From NCBI GenBank assembly GCA_032718475.1, contig JAUCBJ010006803.1, positions 824 through 64,823 of the forward strand: a stretch of DNA of 64,000 nt. The letters run 5' to 3'. Under the pieces are notes generated by a model. The model did not search any database. It saw only the letters and a program-made list of their open reading frames with translations, and was not told where the DNA came from. The DNA is from Nemertoderma westbladi (Eukaryota > Animalia > Xenacoelomorpha). Made by a program: the position numbers and the translations under genes. Positions 61,927 through 64,000 of this stretch are shown in pieces. Every line of letters begins with the position of its first letter. Position 1 is the stretch's first letter.

Positions 61927-62246
61927 AACGCCGAGACTACGTTACCGGTACCAGGGAAGGTACCGGTAGCTAGCGAACGTTTACCGCTTAGGTATTAGTG
62001 TACGGACGTACGGCGGTTCGGTCCGAGAACTGGTGCCGGGAGACGGAAACAACTGATAGTTCGGATAAGTTCTACAGATGGTTAAAAGCACAGGAAATAT
62101 ACGGAACCGTCAGACCGTTGATTAGGTCTAACTACTCAACTACTGAAGTACAGAATACATAATTCTGTAATTGTTATGTATCTGTTATAAAATATACTGC
62201 ATAACATCGGGCAGTCGGGCGTTCATAAAGGGTCAATTACCAGTAT

Positions 62247-62700
62247 TGTGGGGCGAGCCACGAAGTGAGTGAGCCTTAGCGTAGTGGTACCATTAATCAA
62301 CCTGTCGTTCTGTCGTTCTGTCGTGTTCAATTTTAAACGTTAATAACTCGGCCAATCTTTGATGAAATCTATCCAAACTTGGTACACATGTTGTATGGCA
62401 AAAGTTTAGAAATTTTCCAAGTAGAATTTCCGTGTGGCCTTCGAGAAGCTAAGATAATAGCAGTTAATTAGTTAATTAAGTTGATTACGGTAAAAACACC
62501 ATTTTCAACCTGCCTTTTAAAGGAAATTAATTGTTTTACAGTATAAGACTTCAATAATTATACTTAAAAAATATACAGATGTAATCCGCATACTCCATTC
62601 TATTATAGTTTTTAATTAGTTCAAGTGATTTGCTTTAATAATCGTGTCTTTAATTGATCTAAAGTAATTAAACCGGCATAAAAAATGTATTCTCATTAAA
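62247..62700 (+). mobile_element. DINE-1/HINE-like non-autonomous element
   Basis: TGTGGGGCGAGCCACGAAGTGAGTGAGCC start, (CTGTCGTT)n microsatellite, CCAAACTTGGTACAC; homologous to 1050-1372. Confidence 0.6.
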
Positions 62701-64000
62701 TACTGCTCATTTATTGGTTAACATCCAAGTTGGCTTGATTCCCAGCAACACTTGAGGTATTCAGTCAGCCTTGCTTGTAAGAGGCAGACTGCTGCTGCTG
62801 CTAGTAGCCATCCATTCACTCACTCTCCATTGAACTGGCTGATTGGAGGTGTGTGTGTATCGGGTTCAATGACATTAATATTATTACTAAAGTAACGTCG
62901 GGATGTTAATATTCACTGGAGCTATGAGTCTCTCTGGTTAGTTGAATGAATGAAATAAATAATTGTTTTACTGTTCCGAATATCAATGTTTATTTCTGTA
63001 GGCCAACTTACTGTATTATTATTTAATCTAAATGTACATAATAGTTTAAATAAATTATTTCACAATTTCATTCCAATTCATACTGCTTACGCAACCATGC
63101 TAATTAGGTATATTAAATGGCAGGATTGTTTTTAATTAAAATTTTTACAGAGCAAACAAGTATATTGTATTTAACTGAAAGTTAATTTATTTCGGTAAGT
63201 AGGCCTTGCGGTTTGTTAGTTTAGTTAGTATAATAAGTATCAAATATATTACGTGCTGCTGTACAGTAAACGCGGCTTTGCGTTATTGAATTACAGAATT
63301 GGCGGTACAAAGTACATTAATAGGGATCAGGCATATTGCATTTATATAATTGTTGTTGTAAATGTACAATAATATGCGCCACTTTTATTTTAGTAACTGC
63401 AATGTGTATTTCATTTGTACCTGCAACCCATTAAAAAGGGCAGCTGAACATATCGCGGACAGGCTGACTATTCACCATAACAAAAAAACCCAAATCGCCG
63501 CAGTTCCACTTACAGTTCCATATTATTCTGTTTTGCAATTCAACCCAATTTATCTGCTCTCTGCTACACGCGGTTTTATCCACGAGTTTTGTAAAGTCCC
63601 GACTTATCGGGAATGACATGAACTTAGCGTCCGGAATATTCTGATCAGATTAAATCTACTTGGCGCTGTAATACTGCATCCCGTTGTACCAGAAGTTATT
63701 AAAACATACCGGCCCCTCAAATGCGCTTGCAGTGGGTTAGAGAACAACATATACCGCCCCAGTACAACCGCTATTTTGATAAGGTCCAATATATAATATA
63801 TATATATGGTCTAACATATGATAGTTCACTAATCAGCTAATAGGCCTATTAATTCGTGAGATTTCAATTTATAAATAAAACTAATATACGAGCTCATATG
63901 AGCTCAATTGATTGATTGATTGAAGGTATGACCGTTGTTGTGGGGGACTAGGTCTACCTGTCTAGCAGCTAATAACTCGTCCGTGGAGAGAATAATATAA

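Overview
Eukaryotic (animal-like, AT-rich, repeat-dense) genomic DNA. Host genes: intronless UBE2J2 (-), an intronless LETM1-domain gene (+), the 5' part of TEP1 (TROVE/DUF4062, 3 exons visible, +) and an intronless SERINC (-). Between LETMD1 and TEP1 lies about 39 kb of nested mobile DNA: an OTU/vertnin-type MULE split by an 8.4-kb intron-containing Helitron (itself hit by an RTE-like LINE), and two related BEL/Pao-type LTR elements nested in opposite orientation. Both LTR elements have TSDs and encode Gag-protease with no RT or integrase, plus a decayed ORF of unknown function near the 3' end. Best lead: neither has a tRNA-type PBS. Instead, the 11 nt abutting the 5' LTR are perfectly complementary to an 11-mer inside the element's own LTR, with a compensatory base change between the two copies, suggesting Tf1-like self-priming in a BEL/Pao lineage. 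Also notable: a tRNA-like Pol III head fused to a minimal hammerhead ribozyme upstream of TEP1, and abundant TA-N(3-4)-TA putative excision footprints. All calls were made by eye; no searches were run.
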